Virus record (IMG/VR): IMGVR_UViG_3300042391_000634 | Span: 62,001 to 126,000 of that record | Reading direction: 5' to 3' (one strand) | Length of the DNA: 64,000 nt | Shown: positions 46,818 through 55,762 of the stretch, one piece after another | Position numbering within the stretch: position 1 is the stretch's first letter | Layout of the letters: each line of letters starts with the position of its first letter | Notes under the pieces: generated by a model | Databases searched by the model: none | Told to the model about the DNA's origin: nothing | What the model saw: only the letters and a program-made list of their open reading frames with translations | Translations under genes and position numbers: made by a program

Positions 46818-47246
46818 CTATAACTTTATTTCAAACCTATTCTTCATTTGTTGGAGTTTATTTTCAGGCACTCCGTGAATATTTTGATTTCCGTGTCTAT
46901 TTTCAACAATTACCGTATGAACTCTATAATTGTATCTTTCTGCCATTTTAAAATATTCATCCATTTCCCATTCTTGGGTAAATGTGTTTGCCACAACAAT
47001 ACGTGCAATTTCTTGTCTCATTCTTTCTGAACATCTAAATTGACAATAATTATGAGCTTCTTTTATTTTGGAACCATCAAAAATATAATCACCATTATCA
47101 TCCACAAAAAAATCATCAGCTGATAAAACTTCTTGCGGATTATTATTTGGTTGTTGTAAAATGATATTAGCTAATGTTGATTTCCCTGAACCGGAAACAC
47201 CCCTTAAAAGTATTAAGTCACCTTTTATTTCGTTTACATTATCCAT
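46818..47246 (-). CDS. P-loop polynucleotide kinase-like protein (AAA_33)
   Basis: LLRGVSGSGKST, LSADDFF, VANTF, NIHGVP. Confidence 0.85.
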   Translation of the reverse strand: MDNVNEIKGDLILLRGVSGSGKSTLANIILQQPNNNPQEVLSADDFFVDDNGDYIFDGSKIKEAHNYCQFRCSERMRQEIARIVVANTFTQEWEMDEYFKMAERYNYRVHTVIVENRHGNQNIHGVPENKLQQMKNRFEIKL

Positions 47247-47302
47247 AGATAAAAATTTAAATTAAAAAATAGGGGGTAGATATTTCACAACCCCCTAATT
47301 CC

Positions 47303-47515
47303 TTATTTTACAGCTTCAAGAGATACTGGTTTTTCAGCGTCTTCTTTTACCACTTCAGCTTCCACTGTTGGAATTTGAGCTGTTGTAGAATCTGTTACAC
47401 CAACTGATGCAGAATCTACTGTTGAGTCAGTTGTTTGAGTTGCGGTTGACCCTGAACCACATGCTGTTAGTGTAAGTGCTACACCAAGAGCCAAGATAAA
47501 TGTTACTTTTTTCAT
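47303..47515 (-). CDS. Small lipoprotein with a disordered Thr/Asp-rich tail
   Basis: Lipobox LTAC-GSG; own TTTG-N19-TATATTTA promoter. Confidence 0.75.
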   Translation of the reverse strand: MKKVTFILALGVALTLTACGSGSTATQTTDSTVDSASVGVTDSTTAQIPTVEAEVVKEDAEKPVSLEAVK

Positions 47516-47559
47516 ATATAGTAAATATATGAAAGTTTAACGATAAAACAAAATTCAAT

Positions 47560-47670
47560 AAAAAAACCCCAACGAGATGTCGGGGTTTAAGGTCTTTCGG
47601 TGGGTTCAACCCCACTTAATTTAAGAAACGAAAAGGTTATCGACAAAGAGAACCTACAGAGATATAAATA
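47560..47670 (-). ncRNA. Candidate ~100-nt small RNA: late motif, two hairpins, terminator
   Basis: TATTTATA (47670-63), GTGGG/CCCAC hairpin, AAACCCC/GGGGTTT terminator with T-run. It could be only the clpC 3' UTR. Confidence 0.4.
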
Positions 47671-47704
47671 TATATAATTTTACTAAAAAGTAAACTATTT
47701 ATGA

Positions 47705-49717
47705 TTATTTTTTAGAAATTAATAATTTTTCGTCTTTATATTTCAAAATGTATTGTTCATTTTCTAAAATATTACCTTTTAATATTTCTTCACTTAAAAA
47801 ATCTTCACAAAGATTTTGTATAATACGTTTTAGTGGACGAGCACCATACTCTTCTTGTGAATTTAATTCGTAAATTCTATTAGTAACTGTTTTATCAAAA
47901 TTAATTTTATAATTTTTATCGGTTAATCTTTTATTTAATCTACCAACTTCAATATTAATAATTTTCTTTAATGTTTCATCATTTAAAGAGTTAAATAAAA
48001 TAACATCATCAACACGATTTAAAAACTCTGGATTGAATTGTTGTTTTAGTGCTTTTTGAATCATTGTTTTTCTAACCTCATATTGTTGTTCTTCACTTGA
48101 TGATGTTTTAAACCCAACACCCCCACCTAATTCAGATACTTTCTTAGCACCAACATTTGATGTCATGATAATAATCGTATTTGTGAAATTAATTTTTCTA
48201 CCGAATGAATCTGTTAAATGACCTTCATCTAAAATTTGAAGTAGAATATTAAAAACATCTTTATGAGCCTTCTCAATTTCATCGAATAAAATCACAGAGA
48301 ATGGGTTATTTTTAACTTTCTCAGTCAACTGACCTCCTTCATCATAACCAACATAACCAGGAGGAGAACCGATTAATTTTGATACATTATGTTTTTCCAT
48401 ATACTCACTCATATCCACACGAATAATTTTATCGGAGTCACCAAATAAAACCTCAGCAATTGATTTTGCTAAAAATGTTTTACCAACTCCCGTTGACCCT
48501 ATGAATATAAATGAACCAATTGGTTTATTCGTTTCTTTAATACCAACACGATTTCTTCTAATTGATTTTGAGATTGTTTTAATTGCCTCATCTTGACCTA
48601 TTACTTTTGCTGATAATATATCCTCAAGTTGTAATAACTTTTTAGTCTCTTTAGTATCGAGTTTAGTAATTGGAACTCCTGTCATATCTGTAACAATGTT
48701 ATATACATCATCTAAAGTAACTGGAGTTTTATTATCCTTTTGTTTGTTTGACCATTTTAATTTTTCATCGTCTAACTTAGTTGTTACTTTTTTCTCCTCA
48801 TCACGTAGTTTTGCCGCTTGTTCGTAATTTTGACTTTTAACAACTTGAACTTTTCTTTCTTTAATATTGTCAATTTCTTTTTTTAATTTTTCAATCGACT
48901 CAGGAATTTTAGATGAAACTCTTTTTTCGGAACCCAATTCATCTAATACATCGATTGCTTTATCTGGAAATTGTCTATCTGTAATGTAACGACCTGAAAG
49001 TTTAACAATTGTTTCTAATACACCTTCCTCATAACTTACTTTATGAAAGTCTTGATATGATGTGGTTAAGTTTTTAAGAATTTCTAAAGTTTCTTCTTCT
49101 GTTGGTTCATTCAATATTATTTTTTGAAAACGACGAACTAAAGCTGCATCTTTTTCAATATGTTTTTTAAACTCGTCAAAAGTTGTTGCTCCAATACATT
49201 GTAATTCCCCTCTTGCTAATGCTGGTTTTAAAATATTGGCGGCGTCCATGGCACCACTTGCATTACCAGCACCAACCATAGTATGTAATTCATCAATGAA
49301 GATGATTACATTAGGTGCCTCTTGTAATTCATTAATGATTGCTTTAATTCTCTCTTCAAATTGACCACGATACTTTGTGCCGGCAACTAATGAGGTTAAA
49401 TCTAACGACATAATACGTTTGTCAATAAGATTGGGAGGACAATCACCTTTGTAAATCATTAACGCTAATTTTTCAACTAACGCAGATTTACCAACTCCCG
49501 CTTCTCCAACAATAACGGCGTTGTTTTTCTTTTTACGAGAAAGAATTTGTGCAATTCTTTTTACCTCCTTGTCTCTACCGACAACGGGATCAATTTTACC
49601 TTCTTCGGCCATCTTAATAAGATCACGAGAGAAGTTATCTAAAATTGGTGTGTTAGAACCCTTTCTAACTTTTTTTGGGTTTGTGGTTGGACCATCTTCA
49701 AAAAAATCTACTGACAT
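47705..49717 (-). CDS. clpC: ClpC-type Hsp100 AAA+ chaperone lacking the N-terminal domain
   Basis: Two AAA modules (GEAGVGKS, GSTGVGKT), short UVR M-domain NYEQAAKLRD, VGF ClpP-docking loop; only ~22 aa precede LDNFSRDL. Confidence 0.9.
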   Translation of the reverse strand: MSVDFFEDGPTTNPKKVRKGSNTPILDNFSRDLIKMAEEGKIDPVVGRDKEVKRIAQILSRKKKNNAVIVGEAGVGKSALVEKLALMIYKGDCPPNLIDKRIMSLDLTSLVAGTKYRGQFEERIKAIINELQEAPNVIIFIDELHTMVGAGNASGAMDAANILKPALARGELQCIGATTFDEFKKHIEKDAALVRRFQKIILNEPTEEETLEILKNLTTSYQDFHKVSYEEGVLETIVKLSGRYITDRQFPDKAIDVLDELGSEKRVSSKIPESIEKLKKEIDNIKERKVQVVKSQNYEQAAKLRDEEKKVTTKLDDEKLKWSNKQKDNKTPVTLDDVYNIVTDMTGVPITKLDTKETKKLLQLEDILSAKVIGQDEAIKTISKSIRRNRVGIKETNKPIGSFIFIGSTGVGKTFLAKSIAEVLFGDSDKIIRVDMSEYMEKHNVSKLIGSPPGYVGYDEGGQLTEKVKNNPFSVILFDEIEKAHKDVFNILLQILDEGHLTDSFGRKINFTNTIIIMTSNVGAKKVSELGGGVGFKTSSSEEQQYEVRKTMIQKALKQQFNPEFLNRVDDVILFNSLNDETLKKIINIEVGRLNKRLTDKNYKINFDKTVTNRIYELNSQEEYGARPLKRIIQNLCEDFLSEEILKGNILENEQYILKYKDEKLLISKK

Positions 49718-49739
49718 ATGTTATAAGTTTAATTCAATA

Positions 49740-49771
49740 CAAACATAACACAAATAATACTAAAAAACAAA
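49740..49771 (-). promoter_or_regulatory. Bacteroidota promoter for clpC
   Basis: TTTG-N20-TATGTTTG. Confidence 0.7.
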
Positions 49772-49776
49772 CGTGA

Positions 49777-49818
49777 GACAAATTGTCAAAAAGTTTTTAA
49801 TTATTATGACAAGTTGTC
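49777..49818. promoter_or_regulatory. Two GACAA-N-TTGTC palindromes, candidate operator
   Basis: 49777-87 and 49808-18, 31 bp apart, between divergent clpC and hsp20. Confidence 0.5.
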
Positions 49819-49873
49819 CAAATGTATTCGTTGGCAAATTTTTTGTTTATATGAAGGTATAAAACAATATAAT

Positions 49874-50230
49874 ATGATAACATTATTTAAAGACCCATTT
49901 TTTAGAGGATTGGATACGAAGGGATTTCTATCTACTCCTGAAACTAACATCGAAAAAGATGAATTAGGATACACGGTATCCATAAGTGTACCTGGATTAA
50001 CAAAGGACAACTTAAAAATTTTAACCAAAGAAGGTGTATTAAAAATTACCTATCAAAAAGAAGAGAGTGATAATACACATCATTTTATTGGAAGTTTTGT
50101 GAAATCCTATAATATTCCAGAAGATGTTAAAGAAAAAGATATCGAAGGAAAAGTTGAAAATGGAGTTCTAACTCTCTCATTACCAATTGATAAGAAGAAA
50201 AGTTTGGAGAGATTGATTTCATTAAATTAA
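49874..50230 (+). CDS. Small heat-shock protein (Hsp20)
   Basis: SVPGLTKDNLKI, FVKSYNIPEDV, GKVENGVLTLSLP. Start at MITLF. Confidence 0.93.
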   Translation: MITLFKDPFFRGLDTKGFLSTPETNIEKDELGYTVSISVPGLTKDNLKILTKEGVLKITYQKEESDNTHHFIGSFVKSYNIPEDVKEKDIEGKVENGVLTLSLPIDKKKSLERLISLN

Positions 50231-50235
50231 ATTTT

Positions 50236-50268
50236 TTTGTTTTAAATTTTTTTTTATGGATATATTTG
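50236..50268 (+). promoter_or_regulatory. Bacteroidota promoter for the first KTSC gene
   Basis: TTTG-N21-TATATTTG(CG). Confidence 0.7.
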
Positions 50269-50297
50269 CGTAGATTTATAATATAAAAATTAACACC

Positions 50298-50549
50298 ATG
50301 TCAGTAAAAAAAGAAAAAATCAACGGAAAAATGATTGAGGTTTCAATCAAGTCAACAAGTGTAAACAAAGCAACTTACGACGCTTTAAAAGAAAACTTGA
50401 GAGTATCTTTCGTAAATGGTAGCATTTATGAATACCAAGGAGTTCCATCTACAACTTTTACAAAGTTTAGATTGGCTAAGTCGCAAGGTAAGTTCTTAAA
50501 CGAGAGTATCGTTAAGACTTACAAATACAAAAAAGTTAGAACTATCTAA
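50298..50549 (+). CDS. KTSC domain protein
   Basis: STSVNKATYD...LRVSFVNGSIYEYQGVP...AKSQGKFLNE. Confidence 0.9.
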   Translation: MSVKKEKINGKMIEVSIKSTSVNKATYDALKENLRVSFVNGSIYEYQGVPSTTFTKFRLAKSQGKFLNESIVKTYKYKKVRTI

Positions 50550-50557
50550 TTAAACTT

Positions 50558-50586
50558 AAACCCCTCTAAATGAGGGGTTTATTTTT
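50558..50586 (+). terminator. Terminator between the KTSC paralogs
   Basis: AAACCCCTC-taaat-GAGGGGTTT then ATTTTT. Confidence 0.75.
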
Positions 50587-50623
50587 TGGTATTTATTATC
50601 TATAATATAAAAAACATTATAAT

Positions 50624-50869
50624 ATGGGTATAACATCAGAAAACATTGACGGAAAACTTATTACCGTTATCATCCAATCATCCAATCTTAAAGAGTCTAC
50701 TTACAATACAGAAACTGAAGATTTAACCGTTATATTCAATAACGGAAGTATTTATGAATATAATAAAGTTCCTTGGCAGAAGTTTACCAAATTTAGGTTA
50801 GCGGAATCACAAGGAAAATATTTTAACGAGAATATCGCTAAAAGTCATAATTACACAAAAAAAGGATGA
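50624..50869 (+). CDS. KTSC domain protein (paralog)
   Basis: SSNLKESTYN...LTVIFNNGSIYEYNKVP...AESQGKYFNE. Confidence 0.9.
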   Translation: MGITSENIDGKLITVIIQSSNLKESTYNTETEDLTVIFNNGSIYEYNKVPWQKFTKFRLAESQGKYFNENIAKSHNYTKKG

Positions 50870-51618
50870 GTTTATTTGAAGAACTTATTGAGGACAAAAA
50901 GAAAGACAAACAAATTGTAAAATCTTTCGAAACAAAAGAAACTTTATCTAACCAAATATTTGGGGAAGAAAAAGGTCATTTTGTTATGCGTGACGAAATT
51001 AGAAAAAGATTATTAGAAATTTCAAATGATTTTATTGAGAGTTTGGGTGTTGAATTTTTTATTCACGATGTAGTTCTCACTGGATCTTTAGCGAACTATA
51101 ATTGGTCACAATACTCTGATGTTGATTTACATATCCTTATTGACTTTGAAGAATCCAAATATGAAATGGATATTTTAAAAGAGTTTTTTGATGCAAAGAA
51201 AAACGTGTGGAATGAAAAACATGACATTATAATAAAGGGATATGATGTTGAAATTTATGTTCAGGATGTAAATGAACCACATATTTCATCTGGAGTTTAT
51301 TCAATATTACATAACAAGTGGGAAATTGAACCTAAAAAAGAAACACCAAATATTGACGATAGAAAAATATTAGAGAAGGGAGAAGACTTTGCAAAAAGAA
51401 TAGACCATCTAATTAAAACTCCAAAAGACGTAACAATTGACCATCTTGAAAATCTTAGAAAGAAGATAAAAGAGTTTAGACAGAGTGGTCTCGAATCCGG
51501 TGGAGAATACTCCTATGAAAACCTAACGTTTAAATTATTAAGAAGAAACGGATATATTCAAAAACTTTTAAAGCTAAAAACACAACTAATAGATAAGAAA
51601 TTGTCTATAACACAATAA
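50866..51618 (+). CDS. Pol-beta-superfamily nucleotidyltransferase
   Basis: LTGSLANYNWSQYSDVDLHI and a third acidic residue in YDVEIYVQD. Confidence 0.85.
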   Translation: MSLFEELIEDKKKDKQIVKSFETKETLSNQIFGEEKGHFVMRDEIRKRLLEISNDFIESLGVEFFIHDVVLTGSLANYNWSQYSDVDLHILIDFEESKYEMDILKEFFDAKKNVWNEKHDIIIKGYDVEIYVQDVNEPHISSGVYSILHNKWEIEPKKETPNIDDRKILEKGEDFAKRIDHLIKTPKDVTIDHLENLRKKIKEFRQSGLESGGEYSYENLTFKLLRRNGYIQKLLKLKTQLIDKKLSITQ

Positions 51619-51690
51619 CTATACCTATTTTTTTCTATATATCTATGTATTTATAGGATAAGAATAAGTATATCTTAACAATTTTATAAA

Positions 51691-52677
51691 ATGGCAGAAT
51701 TAAAACCACTAGGAAGTGAAAAATTAAACGGGGACGACAAATTAAAAAGAATCCTTGAGTTAACATACTTCAACAGTAACAAAAATAACAGTCGTTCTTC
51801 GAGTAAACCCGAATTAGTGAAAGAATCTAAAAACGGGGGTGTATATGGTGTCGTTAAAGAAAAAGACGGTTACTATGTAAAGAGAGGATTAAATGAATCA
51901 TCACTCGATTATATCGGTGGGATGTTCATGAAGAACAAGAATAAGTTCTCTTCGTATGCCGAAGCGTTCAAACGACTTGATTTGTTGAAAGGACAAGAGG
52001 AATTACAGGAAGCAACAAAATATGTGTTGAAGCAAAACAAACCTCAACAAGAGGCACCAATTGCTGAACCATCTATGGATTTACCTCCATCACCTGCAGC
52101 TGATGCATCAGGTGACGTTCCTCCCCCACCTGTAGATGGTGGTGCTCCAATGGATACACCTCCTGTTGAAGGTGGTGAAGATGAGGATGGTGGTAAGAGG
52201 TCATCTTATATGGCTGAAGCTCAAAAATATGCTGGTAAATTAGGTCAAGAATTGAGAGATTTACATGATAGAATGGAAAGTGATGATATTAAGTATATTT
52301 TAAACATGGTTATTTCTGCGGTTGATTTAGATAAATTATCTGACGAAGATATTGAGGATATTGCAACTAAATTTGAAAGAGAGGAAGAAGAAGGTGGAAT
52401 GGGTTCAGAAGAACCAACAGGTGAAGAACCTTCACCATCACCTGAAGAGGCCCCTTCAGATATGAACGAATACGATTCAATGTCAGCATTAGATGAGTTT
52501 GTTAATACTCCAATGGATACTAACGAACCATCAGATGTTCAAGATATTGATTTATCAAAATATGCAATTAAAGAAGAAGGAATGGACGATGAAGAAGTTC
52601 AAGAATTAGACTTAGATGAAATGAAAAGTGAAATTAATAACGCAATAGGGTCAACGTTAAGCAAATATTTTAAATAA
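51691..52677 (+). CDS. Acidic/Pro-rich probable head-assembly or internal protein
   Basis: Late motif upstream, in the structural region, with many I/L-x-E sites. Confidence 0.65.
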   Translation: MAELKPLGSEKLNGDDKLKRILELTYFNSNKNNSRSSSKPELVKESKNGGVYGVVKEKDGYYVKRGLNESSLDYIGGMFMKNKNKFSSYAEAFKRLDLLKGQEELQEATKYVLKQNKPQQEAPIAEPSMDLPPSPAADASGDVPPPPVDGGAPMDTPPVEGGEDEDGGKRSSYMAEAQKYAGKLGQELRDLHDRMESDDIKYILNMVISAVDLDKLSDEDIEDIATKFEREEEEGGMGSEEPTGEEPSPSPEEAPSDMNEYDSMSALDEFVNTPMDTNEPSDVQDIDLSKYAIKEEGMDDEEVQELDLDEMKSEINNAIGSTLSKYFK

Positions 52678-52680
52678 AAA

Positions 52681-53082
52681 ATGCATCTAATATATGTCAA
52701 TGAAATTGGGTCAGATTACAAAGGTCAAAAACAATACGAATTCGTATTCAGTGAGACCACTGAAATTGATATGGGTGATTGGTTCGTTATACCTGCTTCG
52801 GCTAACCAACGATCTAAATCGCCTGACATCGAATATGTTGATGTAGTTGGTTTATTGAAAGATACAGATTTACAATTAGAACTTATTCAGAACTCCGATT
52901 ATTTCGGAGTTATTGATGCTGTAGATGGTGTAATTTCGTTGGCTTGGGAAAAGTTTGATTTTGATAATACAGAAGAAAGACTAACATTTAAGTTTGCGGA
53001 ACCAATTGAAAACGTAACAAAAAAATTAAAATCAAGAGGATTTATCCTCTTAAAAGAAGAAATAAAATTCAAGGAATCATGA
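52681..53082 (+). CDS. Hypothetical protein
   Basis: 133-aa ORF in the late operon. Confidence 0.75.
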   Translation: MHLIYVNEIGSDYKGQKQYEFVFSETTEIDMGDWFVIPASANQRSKSPDIEYVDVVGLLKDTDLQLELIQNSDYFGVIDAVDGVISLAWEKFDFDNTEERLTFKFAEPIENVTKKLKSRGFILLKEEIKFKES

Positions 53083-54314
53083 AAAGAACAGAATTAATCG
53101 GAAAACTTTTAAAGGAAGGATTTTCTGAAAAGACATTAGTTAATTTTAGCGATAACCAATTAAAACAATTGGCTTCGAGAGTATTAGGTGAGGGGGAAAC
53201 AGATGAGGACATCATGGTTTCTAAAAATGATCCTGAATTACAGAAAAAAGTTGCCGATGCTAAACAAGGTGGTAAAACCATTGAGACATACGAGGAGTTA
53301 AAAGGTAAACAATCTAAAATTGACAAAAACAAGAATGGTAAAATAGATTCTGATGATTTTGCAATTTTAAATAAAGAGAAGAAAGGTGAGGTTAAAGAAA
53401 CTGAGGACTGTTGTTCAAAATGTGGTGAAAAGACTTGTAAATGTGAAAGTGTAAATGAGGTTGATATGGGTTTAACTATTAAAGGTTCAAAATCAAGTAG
53501 TTCATCTGTATTTGGTGGATCACCTAAAAAACCAAGTTCTCCTAAAAAGAAATCTACCCCTAAGAAAAAGGAAGAAGGTGAAACTGAAGAGGGAGAAGTG
53601 GATGAATCATTAAACGGTCTTATGCTTGGTGTAATTAAAGATAAATTAAGTAAAGATTTAGGTAGAGAACCTGAGAATCACGAAATTGATAAAGCACATG
53701 AAGATTTTGTCAACAGTTGGAAAAAAGACAATGAATCTAAAGAAAAAAAGAAAAAAGGATTCGCAGTAGGGAAACAACCTTCACCAAACTTTAACGGTCA
53801 TAAAAAGAAAGAAGAAGAAAAAGAGGGTGATTATCACAATGAAAGAAGTGAAAAAGCATTAGAGAAATCTAAAGAAGATTTCCCACAACTTAAAAATATT
53901 AAAAAATGTGATGATTGTGGAAAGGTTGAATCTAAATGTAAGTGTAAAAAAGAAGATGTTAAAGAAATAAAAAATTGGGTTAAAGGTTTGGTAGAGAACA
54001 AAGAATTTCATAGCTTTACGTCTAAAAACGAAATTATGGAACTTATTCAAACTAAACTAACTGAATCAAATACAATGGTTCAACACGGACCTAAAGTTAA
54101 AAAAGGACACAACGGTATTCCTGAGTTTATGTCATATGATGCTATTGTAAGTGCGGAACCAAAAACTGCACCATCAAAACCAGCACCATCAACTAAACCT
54201 GGTACAAGACCTACACCAACAAGAAGAGAAGACCCAAGAAAAACTCCTTTTCAACCTGGACCTGGACCAAACCCTAAACCAAAGGCTAAGATAGCTGAGG
54301 AGAAAAAAAAGTAA
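53079..54314 (+). CDS. Charged low-complexity protein with an EF-hand-like loop; probable prohead core/internal protein
   Basis: DKNKNGKIDSDDF; two CxxC...CxC motifs; Pro-rich C-terminus. Confidence 0.6.
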   Translation: MKRTELIGKLLKEGFSEKTLVNFSDNQLKQLASRVLGEGETDEDIMVSKNDPELQKKVADAKQGGKTIETYEELKGKQSKIDKNKNGKIDSDDFAILNKEKKGEVKETEDCCSKCGEKTCKCESVNEVDMGLTIKGSKSSSSSVFGGSPKKPSSPKKKSTPKKKEEGETEEGEVDESLNGLMLGVIKDKLSKDLGREPENHEIDKAHEDFVNSWKKDNESKEKKKKGFAVGKQPSPNFNGHKKKEEEKEGDYHNERSEKALEKSKEDFPQLKNIKKCDDCGKVESKCKCKKEDVKEIKNWVKGLVENKEFHSFTSKNEIMELIQTKLTESNTMVQHGPKVKKGHNGIPEFMSYDAIVSAEPKTAPSKPAPSTKPGTRPTPTRREDPRKTPFQPGPGPNPKPKAKIAEEKKK

Positions 54315-54320
54315 TCTAAA

Positions 54321-55715
54321 ATGCAATTTTCTAAGAAAAAACTGTTATCTTTAATTAAAGAAAATTTGAACGAAATGCCGATGGATTTTGATAGTCAGGA
54401 TAGACCTGACCAAGGGGTGCAAGATAAATTAGCGGCGGGGGAAACTCCACTGAAAAAAATACCTTTCCCAAAAACTGGAAATGAACCTAATAACAATTTC
54501 CAAGAACTTTTAGCTTCAGAAAGATATAAGCAAGTTGTTGATAAGATGAGACAATATACTGGTGCAAATACCCCTATGAGAGGTATGGAAGGATTGACTC
54601 CATTGATGCAACAAATGATGAGTGCTCATAATCAAATTTTATCATTTGAACAAAATCATAGAAGAGAATTAGAACAATTGGCGGTTGAATTAGTTATTAA
54701 GGAATTAGGTGTTCCTGAAGGTTCAGTTCAATATGATGCAAGAATTATTGGTATGGGTGAATTTAACCCTGAAGATTTTGGTCATGACCAAGAAGAAGAA
54801 GGTGGTGAAGAAGGTGGTGAAGAAGAAATGAATTTTGGTAATGAAATTGAAATTGTTAATGATTTAGAGGAACTTGATTTGGAGAAAGCAAAAAGAAGAT
54901 TTATAAATACAATTATACAAGGTGCTTCTAAAAGAGGTCATTACATGTATCATTATGTTGAAGATAGGGTTAGACAAATTGTTGGTAACGATAATATTAT
55001 AGGTTTATATGGTATAATGATGTCAGTAAATGATGCATTATATTGGCAACTACCTGATGATACCATGAAATCAATGGGACAATCTGGTTCGGTTGCTGGT
55101 AGAGAAGATGTAGACAGACAAACAGACCCACCAACAATTAAAGCAAGAGCGGTAAACTTTCCAGTTTTAATTCACGAATTAATTAAAGGAACATTAGAGT
55201 TGGTTGCGTTACAAGGTAGAAAAAGAGATGAGGAAGGTAATGAAGAAGATTTTACTGATGTTGAAGAAAGTGAAGATACATTAGAAAAGGAAATGTGGGA
55301 TTTACGTTTAGGACCAGCAATTTGGGATAGAATTAGATCTAAATTTCCTGAAGATGTGTTAACCGATGAAACTAAAGGAATTATTCAATTAATGGTATTC
55401 CAACATATATTCAAAAAACCAGCAAAGGAATTCTTAGTGTTCATGAAAGAAATAGTTTCCAATTCAGAAAATGGAAATCGTTTAATGGAGACTTTAGTTC
55501 GTGCAATTGAAGAAGATATTAACAATTATGAATACGAAGAAACAATGTCAGAATTTGATGAAGATTTAACAAATATTTCTGACGAAACAGATAACGACGA
55601 ATTAAAGAATTTTATATCAGGAATACCTGGTATTAGTTTATCTAATGATAATGACGAAGAGGATGACGACGATGACCTCTTTAAAGAGTTAGGTTTAGAT
55701 AGACCTACGAAATAA
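54321..55715 (+). CDS. Hypothetical acidic virion-associated protein
   Basis: 464 aa, N-terminal LLSLIKENLNE motif, directly upstream of terminase. Confidence 0.65.
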   Translation: MQFSKKKLLSLIKENLNEMPMDFDSQDRPDQGVQDKLAAGETPLKKIPFPKTGNEPNNNFQELLASERYKQVVDKMRQYTGANTPMRGMEGLTPLMQQMMSAHNQILSFEQNHRRELEQLAVELVIKELGVPEGSVQYDARIIGMGEFNPEDFGHDQEEEGGEEGGEEEMNFGNEIEIVNDLEELDLEKAKRRFINTIIQGASKRGHYMYHYVEDRVRQIVGNDNIIGLYGIMMSVNDALYWQLPDDTMKSMGQSGSVAGREDVDRQTDPPTIKARAVNFPVLIHELIKGTLELVALQGRKRDEEGNEEDFTDVEESEDTLEKEMWDLRLGPAIWDRIRSKFPEDVLTDETKGIIQLMVFQHIFKKPAKEFLVFMKEIVSNSENGNRLMETLVRAIEEDINNYEYEETMSEFDEDLTNISDETDNDELKNFISGIPGISLSNDNDEEDDDDDLFKELGLDRPTK

Positions 55716-55718
55716 TAC

Positions 55719-55748
55719 AAAGGTGGTTTACTTAAACCACCTTTTTTT
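55719..55748 (+). terminator. Terminator before the terminase promoter
   Basis: AAAGGTGGTTTA-ct-TAAACCACCTTT TTTT. Confidence 0.85.
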
Positions 55749-55762
55749 GTATTTATACATAT

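Noticed and set aside
47705-49717. ClpB annotation
   Set aside because: The short UVR-type M-domain and VGF loop indicate ClpC; ClpB has a long coiled-coil M-domain and no ClpP loop.
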